Shown piece after piece: positions 11,876 through 22,779 of a DNA stretch of 64,000 nucleotides. The DNA is from Octopus vulgaris (Eukaryota), in NCBI GenBank assembly GCA_951406725.2, contig OX597814.1, forward strand, positions 94,922,001 to 94,986,000. Reading direction: 5' to 3'. A program made the position numbers and the translations under genes. The notes beneath the pieces are model-generated. The model worked only from the letters and a program-made list of their open reading frames with translations, ran no database searches and was not told the origin of the DNA. How positions within the stretch are numbered: position 1 is the stretch's first letter; every line of letters starts with the position of its first letter.

Positions 11876-13015
11876 AATCGTTAGCACGCCGGGCAAAAAT
11901 ATTTGGCGGCATTCGTCCGTCTGCACACCCTGAGTTCAAATTCCGCCTTCATCCTTTTGGTGTCGATAAAGTAAGTACCAGTTGTGCACTGGGATAGATG
12001 TAATTGACTCATACCCTCCCACTGAAAAACTATTGGGCTTATGCCAAAATTTGAAATCAATATGAAAGATAACCCTATAGGATGGTGAGCTTGCAGAAAC
12101 GTTAACGCGCCCGAAATAGTGCTTAGCGGAATTTCGTCCATCTTTACGTTCTGAGTTCAAATTTCGCCGAGGTTGACTTTGCTTTTCATCCTTTCATGGT
12201 CGATAAAATAAGTACCAGTTAAGCACTGGGGGTCAATACAATCGACTAATCCTGCCCAAAAAGTTGCTGACCTCATGTCAAAATTAGAAACCAATATGAA
12301 AGACAACTCAGACTCCTTCAAGTCCATCTAGGTCTGAATGTTTCGTTTTCTTGAAATTACAATTATTATCATTATATAGATTACACTATTATTGCTGGTA
12401 GAATCGTTAGCACGCGGGACAAAATGCTTAACATTTCGTGCGTCGCCACATTCTGAGTTTAAATTCCACCAAGATCGACTTTGCCTTTTATCCTTTCGAA
12501 GTCGATAAAATAAGTACCAGTTAAGCACTGGGATCGATAAAATTGACACGCCCCCTGTTGTTAAGGCGGCGAGCTGGCAGAATCGTTAGCACGCCGGGAA
12601 AAATACTTAGCAGCATTTCGTCGGTCTTTACGTTCAGAGTTCAAATTCCGCCGAGGTCGACTTTGTCTTTCATCCTTTCGAGGTCGATAAATTAAGTACC
12701 AGTTGAATGCTGGGGTCGATGTAATCGACTTACCCCCTTCCACGGAATTGTTGACCATGTATCAAAAATTTGAAACCATTATTTTTGTTTTTATTATCAT
12801 TATTATTGAGGCAGAGAGCTGGCAGAACCGTTAGCATGCCGAATAAAATATTTATTGGCATTTTTTTCCGGCTTTACGTCTGGATTCAGGTTGACTTGCA
12901 TTACATCCTTCCGCGGTCGATAAAATAAGTAGCAGTGACATACTGGGGTCGATTTAATCGACTAGTCCCCTTCCCAAAAATTTCAAGCCTTGTGCCTTCG
13001 GTAGAAAGGATTATT
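11876..13015 (+). mobile_element. Cluster of five same-orientation Meta-domain-like SINE copies
   Basis: Copies start near 11876, 12082, 12394, 12562 and 12808, each with a ttagca/cgcc head, gagttcaaatt and catcctttc..gtcgataaa..agtaccag. Confidence 0.9.
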
Positions 13016-15659
13016 ATCATTATTATTATTACTTAGACGCAAGGACAATAAATTCGAAGGAAGGAGATTAATTGATACCGTCGCCTCCAGAACAAAGCTT
13101 TTTAAATATTTTCAGGTTAAAAATATATTCACACAGAAAACCTCTATTAATCTCATTTGGTCGATGACAATGTTTTCTTGCAGAGGATAACATAAATCGA
13201 CTTTTCAAAGAAAATCTAAGTAGTTAAAAAAATACTTAAAAGATGTACTAAATTATAAACAGTATATGTATGAAGATTATGGAAATATTTTTCATTCAAA
13301 AGCAGAAGACAGACGACGGGCAGAAAACAACTGTCATGATTAAGCAGAATTTGACGTCAGAGAGAGAGCAGGGAGGAGAATATGTGTTCTTTTCATGGAT
13401 GTACAATGAGAGATGTATTATAGATATTGAGACGACAGAGCAGTGTTTGCAATGAGTGGTGAAGTGGACACAGAAGCGAAAGTAAAATTTATATGAACAA
13501 ACATACTACATATAACAATTATAATAGAAAAGCAAAAGACAACTACAGTGAAGTGAAATGGGAAAATAACGATTTCTTTGAGTGCAGAAACTGATTAATA
13601 CGAGAGGAAATAAGAGTTTGTTTAGTGTATGTTTTTCCCCAAAGGCATTATGGTATAAAAGAAAATTACTTTAAGCATAAAGAAAATGATGTCGTATTGT
13701 TCCTACCGTGTTATAACTGTTTACTGCTATGTAGCCAAGCCCATTTTAGAGGTAAGTCTCTAGAATGCCTACGACAACATATGAACCACTATCTTTGAAA
13801 TACTTTCCGGTAACTATATCCACTCATTCATAAACATTCATTCGATTCTGTTATTTATATACCTGTCAATAAGCTGAAAATAAATTATTTTACAAAATAA
13901 ATCGATATCATTATCTTAAAGCACCAGTGTACTACTACCCATCAGAAGACTTGCCACATATTATAGTTAGGGATCTTCAAGTCTTTCACATGACAGTGTA
14001 GGGTTTAAGCATGTGGTTACCTGAAGTGTTTCATATAATAATTTTCGTTATTAAATTTCAGTTCTTCACCATAAAATAAGACAGTAGCATATTTTTGTTT
14101 CTTTTTATTTTTTAATTTAGTAATATTCAATTTTCCATCTCTACTTTGAAAAGAAACACATTTTTAAAATGCAGCAACAAATTCTTGCTACGATCAAAAG
14201 CTATTTAATTAACTAATGTTTTGCTAATCAATCAAACTGTTTATTTTCTTTCAAAGGATTAATCATTTGCAGTTCTCGTGGGTCACTTTTATCTCATTGC
14301 CAAGAAAGTCAGACTAATTGATGAAAAAATAGGTGATTTAAAAACATAGTTTCATAATCTCATTTAAATTTGAACGTAGTAGTTTCTTGTCGAATCAACA
14401 TTTTGTCATTTAAATAAACTGCAAACAAAAATAAAAGTTGTAATAAATAAAATGTTCGAATTTTTACACCATCTAATTTTAAATCTCGATGGGGTGTTAT
14501 GTGTGAAATCAGTCAATGGAATTTCAAAATTTATTGATGCTATCGAGGAAGACATTACGTCAGCTGAATTTGGAAATTGTGTTATCTCGTTATTAATTTA
14601 AAAAGCAATGATTTACTGTATCCTTCAATAGAAGTTGAATATAGAATTATTGTTTTTGTTGTTGTTATTGCTTTTCTCACTGTATTTTTAACGGAGTAAG
14701 ATAAAGAAAGAAAAATGGCTTACAGCTTAATGTCTTAACCCAACTGCAAGGTTTATTTTGATGTGCTTTTTGTTGAACTGTTAAACATCGCAAAAGGAAA
14801 ATATATGAGGGAACTAAAATAATGGATTTGAGAAGTGAACAATACAACTATTTGAATAATGAGACACCTCGTAAGTGTTAGTAAGAAATATTTCAAATAT
14901 AGGTTGTCTGGAAAAACAGAGTAAAAGTTTACAAGATAGACTAATAGTTGAAAGTATTATTTAAAGATATAACCTATTTCACTACCCAAGACCTTGTCAG
15001 AATTCTTCACTTTCTGTTCTTTATATTTTATAGTTTTGAACAAAAACTTAAATCATTCTTTATATATGGTTTAATAAAATAGCATTTAAATCGACCTTCA
15101 ATCACACCCTACCGTCTTCGAAAAGGAAGACTATTTTATATTGTTCTTTAGTTTCTTTGTTTTTTCCATTTCAGCTAAGGCTATGCTGTAGCACCGAATA
15201 ATGTAGTTCAAGAAGCACTTCGTCTGAAGAAAGATGGAAAGATTATTTTATCATTGCTGAGCTTTGCTCACAACATGAACTGCATACTAACTTGTGTCCT
15301 ACCTCCTAAGATGAATAGTATTTCTTCCCATGTAGAAAACATCCAGTATTTTCACGTATTTCATAGTGCAGAATCTTATAACTATTTCCAAAAAGGTTTC
15401 TAATCTTGGTTAAATTTACTCAATCTGCCCAGTTATTCCGTCATTAAAGCAAAGTAGTGAGAGAGATGAGAGGAGTTTTGGCATGAACGACATAATATTA
15501 TAAGCCAATGAGGTGAGCCTCTTTGTGGTCACTCAACCTGTTACAAATAGTATTGAAATCACTTAGGTATCTTAAAAAGAGAGAAACACATCAAATAAAA
15601 ACAGTCAATGTGAGCATAGCATACTAGTTTAAACCTAAGATAATATCCATGGCAAGAGA

Positions 15660-15855
15660 AGGCGGCGAGCTGACAGAATTGTTAAGACGCCGAGAAAATG
15701 CTTAGCGGCTTTTCGTACGTCTTTAAGTTTCTATTTCAAATGCTGCCAAGTTTCAGTTTGCATTCATCCTTTCGGAATCGCTAAAATAAGTACCAGTTGA
15801 GTGCTGGGGTTGATTTAATCGAATTTTCTGGCCTTGAGCTGAAAATTGAAACCAA
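15660..15855 (+). mobile_element. Diverged Meta-domain-like SINE
   Basis: aggcggcgagctgacagaattgttaag...catcctttcggaatcgctaaaataagtaccag. Confidence 0.85.
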
Positions 15856-16519
15856 TATTCATAGCAGTAATGTGCTGTGAAATGTGTAATTACTTTTAGT
15901 CGCTGTTTATCAATGCCTCATCGTATTCTATGTGCATCAGATTGTTAATACGATACCTACCGTACACCTAGTCAAAGATTACAAAACTCCTATGCGCTAG
16001 GTTTGAAGAAGAGTAGAAAGAATAGAAACTCTGATAGTTTCACAACATCTGTCTAATCACATGCTCTGATTAATCTAAAGCCAATCTTCACGGGAACTTT
16101 AAATTTCTTTGTATATCAAAATTATAATTATCTTTGAAGGAGATCATATTTTATGACTATTCGCTCACAATCTAGACGGATTGTTCACGATTAGACCGAT
16201 CTGCCGATCTAAACTTCAATAGAACGGCTTTTCTCGTTTTCATCGTTCCCAGTCAACAGTGATTTAAATGGTAAACTAGATCCGTTGTTTTGTTTCGTAC
16301 CACAACTTCACATGTAGGTGCATTTAGCAGTGTCTCTACTGCTAGGAGTATTCGAACTGGGTGTCTAGCTCGAGGATAGCTTCTTCCTGCCTTCCACCTG
16401 TCTCGAAAAATTTTTAGGCACTCACCTTCTACAGACGAAGTGTTAAAAATATCTTTAAAAATTAAAAAGAACTACGTAATAATATTATTGATTATAAAAA
16501 AAAGTTTAATCAGTCTATC

Positions 16520-16785
16520 ATCATCATCATTCTAATGTCCAATCTTCCATACTTGCATGGGTCAGACGGAATTCGTTGAGACAGATTGTCTACTGCTGAA
16601 TGTTCTTCTTGTTCCAAACCGTTACTTGTTTCAAAGCAAGGTCATATTTCTCAATAACCAGACATGTAGTCACAGAAGGCTGGAATCAAATGACACGTCT
16701 CGTATGACGGTGACACTCGTTTACAACTCTCTCACGATGTCAAGGTACAAAGACACATACATACACACATACACACGTACCATTA
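16520..16785 (-). mobile_element. SINE 3' part with (GAT)n tail
   Basis: catcatcat tail, ttccatacttgcatgggtcagacgg LINE-like 3' end, running to a (CA)-rich internal microsatellite. Confidence 0.55.
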
Positions 16786-16993
16786 ATGTAAATGCGAAAT
16801 CACTGGTGACATGACTACGCCCGGTGCTTAGAGAGCTTACCTTCCTTGATGGTCAATAAGATGGTGCTTATTATGAGTTGTTTTGACTCTTATATCTAGC
16901 AATACTGATGCTGAATAGTGCCCTCAGTCACTTTAGTGACATATAAATTTTTTTCTTTCGGTTGAAAAATTGCTAACGAGTCACCCTTATTAG

Positions 16994-17053
<60 letters not shown>

Positions 17054-17465
17054 TTTCGTAATGAGATAAAAAAAAACAAGGCTGAGTAGATTTTAGAACA
17101 TTTATAGATAGAAGGTCTTACAGCTGTTTCTAGGATATTTATTGTATCCCTTCATCGGAGATGGTGTGAGAGAATAGTTGAGTAATAGTTAATTTAGATA
17201 AGATACAAAATAGAGAGTGAGGTTGAGGAAAGAAAATAGATGTGAGATATGTGGGGACATTGAATTTGTAGATCCATTTTTTAGGCAAAATGGTATGCAT
17301 CTAAGATTCCAATACTTTATGAGTAAAATCCAACAGAATTTAAAATTGGTCATTCCAAGCATCGAGTCTATACTCAGTGCTTTTGAATCAAAGGTTTTTC
17401 TTTAAAGTGACCTAAAAATAGGGAGCGTATTAGTATACCTTGGTTTTTTTTATCTCATTACGAAA
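17054..17465 (-). mobile_element. Short Penelope-like element with ~28-bp inverted ends and a hammerhead motif, adjacent to (TA)n
   Basis: tttcgtaatgagataaaaaaaaacaagg (17054-17081) is inverted at 17438-17465. Hammerhead at 17116-17161. Confidence 0.7.
17116..17161 (-). ncRNA. Minimal type I hammerhead ribozyme motif (core variant CCGAUGA)
   Basis: Minus strand reads tct-ccgatga-ag-ggata-caataaa-tatcc-ta-gaaa-cagctg-ta-aga: stems I and II plus a palindromic stem III. Confidence 0.7.
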
Positions 17466-17553
17466 TTTTTTTTTATATACACACGCTGACATATGACCAA
17501 CTTAACTATGGTCTATTTATAGCACTTATTCAGCATTACATGACACCTTTGGG

Positions 17554-17929
<376 letters not shown>

Positions 17930-17932
<3 letters not shown>

Positions 17933-18019
17933 CCTGCTAGCTTAGCCAGCGGGATGGCATCATTCGAAGGCTAAAACAATGCGAACACATCTGATGGTCT
18001 GGTCGGTCACGTGATCACA

Positions 18020-18069
<50 letters not shown>

Positions 18070-18220
18070 CGGGCTTCTCTCACTTTTTGTCTACCAGATC
18101 TACTCTCAAGCTTTGGTCGACCCTGGGCTGGAGTAGAAGACATTTGCCCAAGCTATTACGCAAGTGGAATTGAACCCAACCAAGTGGTTGGGAAGCGAAC
18201 TTCTGAATTATACAGCCATG
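17930..18220 (-). mobile_element. SINE of the ggctgtgtggtaag family with internal (TA)n
   Basis: Reverse complement matches the head of 61078 (ttgggcaa.tgtcttctac...gaccaaagc...tggtagac). Confidence 0.8.
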
Positions 18221-20272
18221 TCAGTGTCTAATACATACTGAATAAGTACAATAATACTGAAGGTGAGAGTGTCTTAGTGGTCAGGATGTTGTTCCCACGA
18301 TGGTTTCGATTTCTTATCTGGACGGTGCGCTTTGTAAGGCACTTCATTTCAAGTTGCTCCATTTTACTGTGTGTTACTATATCTCTTTCTTTCTCCGTCA
18401 TTTATATTCTCTATGTTCCGCATGGTCAACTAATAGGGTGGAGTGGAGAAGGTGCTTGCGTCTGCTCACGACTACAGAGACAGCTTAAACAATTAGCGAA
18501 AGCATAGTACTTGCCACCAAGTCGTACTCGCAAGCAAGTGATGACTACGGTCTTTTTTGCTGCAATGTAATAAATATTGTGTCAGAATGCTTCCTTTAAT
18601 ATTCTTATACTTCTTATACACCTAGTATAGAATGTGAAAGAGCCTAGAGAGCATGTACTGAATCAGAAATACTCTCACTTTCACATATTACCAAAGGCCA
18701 AGTGTCAATTTGTAGCTTAATAAGGTCAGAGATATCCAATCTTTCGTTTACTTATAGTCTTGTGCACAAATCCGACCAGTCAATAATAAATTACTACTTT
18801 AAGTGTATTTTGTTGATATTAAATCCAAAATCTGAAATTCAATCTAGAGCTTAATCTAACAACGGAGTTTTATAAGTAATAGATTAAATTTCAAAGCAAA
18901 ATCGATTTTACTTCTTGTGTAAGAATTATAATTCTATTATCTATGGCATTATACTTATGTGTGTGGAATACTGTATGTATTACAATGGTTCCTACTGATT
19001 TTTCTGTCTTAGTATCATAGACTTTTATAATGTCGGAGTGACATGAAAGTTAAAATATTAACCGATGAATGTAGTTAACATCATAAACGTCAACGACGAC
19101 GACGATGACATTAACAACGCAAAGAATAAGTGCATCACCTCTTTTGTAATAGACTTGCTGCAAAAAAGAGGAAAATTTCACACACACTTGAAAATCTGAG
19201 GGTAATCTTGCATTAATAAATGTAATTTCCGAATCATTTCTTTAATTTCATTTAATATAGCCAACTTAACATTATCATCTCGAAAATATCGAAGATAATC
19301 TCTGTTACATCAATGCAATTGAAGATATAGAAAGCTTTTAACAATATTTCACGAACAAAGTAATCACATTGAAAGGAAATTGTTAGATTTCATGGTTGTT
19401 ACTAAGTCTAATGAAGCTGGTGTATGTCCCGGCAAGCTACTACTGCTATAATTGCTACTATTACTACTTACTATTAATAATTATAATAATTATATCTCTT
19501 TGTTGTCAGACCACAACTGTTGTGAATAGGTGTTTGTTAATTAAGTCTATTCCTAACATTTTATTCTTATCGATCCCCGAAGGACGAAAGGCAATATTCA
19601 CTTCGATGGGATTTGAAGTGCTGGAACAAATCCCGCTAAGCTTCTAACAATTCTACCGATCTAATAATGATGAAAGTAATTTACAGCATTATTTTGCTGA
19701 CGTCTAAGGCGTCGAGCTGGCAGAAACGTTAGCACGCCGGGCGAAATGCTTAGCGGTATTTCGTCTCCCGTTACGTTCTGAGTTCAAATTCCCCCGAGGT
19801 CGACTTTGCCTTTCATCCTTTCGGAGTCGATTAAATAAGTACCAGTTACGCACTGGGGTCGATGTAATCGACTTAATACCTATGTCTCTGTCCCTGTTTG
19901 TCCCCTCTATGTTTAGCCCCTTGTGGGTAATAAAGAAATAGGTATTTCGTCTGTCTTTACGTTCTGAGTTCAAATTCCACCGAGGTCGACTTTGCCTTTC
20001 ATCCTTTCGGGGGCGATTAAATAAGTACCAATTACGCACTGGGGTCGATATAATCGACTTAATCCGTTTGTCAGTCCTTGTTTGTCCTCTCTGTGTTTAG
20101 CCCCGTGTGGGTAGTAAGGAAATAGGTATTTCGTCTGCCGCTACGTTCTGAGTTCAAATTCCGCCGAGGTCGACTTTGTCTTTCATCCTTTCGGGGTCAA
20201 TAAATTAAGTACCACCTGCGTACTGGGGTCGATCTAATCGACTAGCTCCCTCCCCGAAAATTTCGAGCCTTG

Positions 20273-21115
20273 AGATCTTTACCTTTTGACCGATAGATTT
20301 TAAAAATAATTTTTTGTAACTAAACACTTTCAAACTTCGTATAGTGTTAGAATGTGTCACATAAAACATCTTTTACTTTTGGCGTTGTTGAGAAAATTCT
20401 GTGTTTTGGAAGTTATTTTTTGTTAAAGTTGTAGTATTTCGGTAATTTGAACCAATCAATGACGTGTATTCATCTTGTCGACAATAACTTCCGCCGGTGT
20501 ATATTTCGTTTGTCATTGCTATTTATGACATATTTCATCTCAGTTACGTTTGTATGAATAAACGAATGTATCTGAAGCCTGTTTACTTCATGGCACCACC
20601 ATAATCGTTCGTGCTTCATTTTTCATTTTTTCTGTAACTCTAACCCTAAAACCCCAACCCTAACCCTAACCCTAAAACCTTAACCCAAATCCTAACACCC
20701 TAACCAAACACCAACTCTAAAACCCTAACCCTAACCATAAAACCCTAGCCCTAACCTTACCCCTAACCCTAACACAACCCTAAAACCCTAACCCTAAAAC
20801 CTTAAAGCTAAAACCGGTACAAGCGCACGAACGATGTCATAAAGAACAGTAACAAACGAAGTATACACCGCCGATAGTTTTTGTTGACAAACAACGGCAG
20901 TAATTTTATTCAGCTGAATACACGTCAATGATTGGTTGAAATTACCGAAATACGACAACTTTAACAAAAAATAACTTCTAAAATACAGAATTTCCTCAAC
21001 AACGCCAAGAGTAAAATATGTTTTATGTGACACATTCTACCAGTGTCCGAAGTTTGAAAGTGTTTAGCTACAAAAAAATTATTTTTTAAACCTGTCGGTC
21101 AAAAGGTAAAGATCC
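20273..21115. mobile_element. Non-autonomous foldback DNA transposon with long TIRs, 8-bp TSD and internal telomere-like repeats
   Basis: Ends agatctttaccttttgaccga / tcggtcaaaaggtaaagatcc. Imperfect TIRs of roughly 260-280 bp. TSD gagccttg (20265-20272) / gggccttg (21116-21123). Confidence 0.92.
20634..20812 (-). repeat. Degenerate (TTAGGG)n telomere-like repeat
   Basis: taaccc/taaaaccc units on the plus strand. Confidence 0.9.
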
Positions 21116-21199
21116 GGGCCTTGTGCCTTGAGTAGAAAAGATTATTCTATTAACGTCTGTAACTATGGAACGCCAATATTATTATACACATTACAAGTT

Positions 21200-22260
21200 A
21201 GCGTGCTAGAAGAATCGTTAACACGCTGGGCAAAACGCTCAGCGGCATTTCTTCCGGCTCTTTACGTTCAGGGTTCAAATTCCGCTGAGGTCGACTTTGC
21301 CTTTCATCCTTTCGGGGTCAATAAATTAAGTATTAGATGCTTACTGCGGTCGTTCTAATCGACTGGCCCCTCCCACCAAATTTCAGGTCTTGTGCTTATA
21401 GTAGAAAGGATCATTATGTACATTACAAGGCAACTTTTTATCAGAATCGTTAACACGCCAGGCAAACGCTTAGCGGCATTTCTTCCGGCTCTTTACGTTC
21501 TGGGTTCAAATACCATCGAGGTCGTCGACTTTGCCTTTCATCTTTTCGGAGTCGATAAAATAAACACTAGTTGAGCACTGGAGCCGATGTTATCGACTTG
21601 TACCCATCCCAAAAATTCCACACCCTGTTCCTATAATAGAAAGCATTACTGTTCATATTACATTTATTCGTGTGATAATTGACCGATAAACTATGGAACG
21701 AAACGGAAGACAAAATTTCTTTTCAATACACCATTTGTATTATTTGAATTATTTATAAGGCAGTTTAAAGCGGCGACCGGATGAATCTTTAGTGTGTCAG
21801 ACTCGGCAGAATTTTTTTCCGACTCAATACATTTTGAGTTCAAATTCCAATGCGGTCAACTTTGTCTTTCACACTTTCTGGATCGATAAAATTAGTACCA
21901 TTCAAGTACTAAGGTCGATGTAATCGACCTGCCCCTTCGACTGGACATTACCTACCTTGTGACAAAATTGGACATTTGCCTTATAAATAATTGACTGATA
22001 AATAAATATTCTTTTATTGTCTTACATATCTTAAATAAAGAACTATTATTTTATTGCTTTCAAGACAGATTGCTGGCAGAATCGTCCTAAGATCAAGAAA
22101 ATATGCTTTGCTGTAATTATTCTGACACTTTACATTCTGGGTTCAAATGTCGTCGAGATCAACTTTACCTTTCGTCTAGTCCAGATTGATAAAATGAAGT
22201 ACCAGTATCAACAAACACCTGCCCTCATAAATTTTGGCATTATACCAAAATTATTAACCA
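21200..22260 (+). mobile_element. Four further diverged Meta-domain-like SINEs
   Basis: Copies near 21200, 21443, 21767 and 22070 with a gttcaaat..gtc.actttg.ctttca core. Confidence 0.85.
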
Positions 22261-22779
22261 GTAATTTACGGGTTTCAGTCATTGGACTGCAGCCGTGCTG
22301 GTGCACTATGTTCAAGAATTTACTCCAATGGTTCTCAGTCTCTTTCAGTTCGAGGCGCAAAGGAAATCAATTGGAAAATTATGCATTTTGCAAGATTTTT
22401 AATGAGCTTTAAAGCTTAAAATAAACAAAAATATACAGGAAACTACCTCGTTTTATAAATCATATTTGTGTATAACAAAATTGTGAATAACAAGTTTTTT
22501 TTTAAACCTGACAGTCAGATATTAGTATAGATTTTTAAAAGCCTTAAATTTTTTAAAATCCTCTGTGCATCTACGTGACTCCCTGTGGATCATATCAATC
22601 CCAGTACTTATTTTATCAATCACGAGAGGACAACTACATCACAGGATATAAGCAGCAACACCGTTTTTCTCTGTGTAAATGTCAACACAGACAAATAAAT
22701 ATAGAAACTCAGTCACTTACACACAAACACAGGAGATAAACACAGATAATAGTTTTTAATTTTAAAGTGAATGTGTGTG

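Larger units (their letters stand above)
19705..21145 (+). mobile_element. Multimeric Meta-domain-like SINE (three internal units), interrupted near its 3' end by a DNA transposon
   Basis: Head taaggcgtcgagctggcagaaacg. The unit ggtatttcgtct..ttacgttctgagttcaaattcc..gtcgactttgcc is repeated three times. Tail tgccttgagtagaaaagattatt resumes at 21124. Confidence 0.92.

Noticed and set aside
19700-20270. Regularly repeated units resembling a CRISPR array
   Set aside because: The units are SINE cores with near-identical linkers, there are no unique spacers or cas genes, and the context is eukaryotic.
20634-20812. Chromosome end or fusion scar
   Set aside because: The repeats are degenerate, single-orientation and enclosed by transposon TIRs with a TSD.
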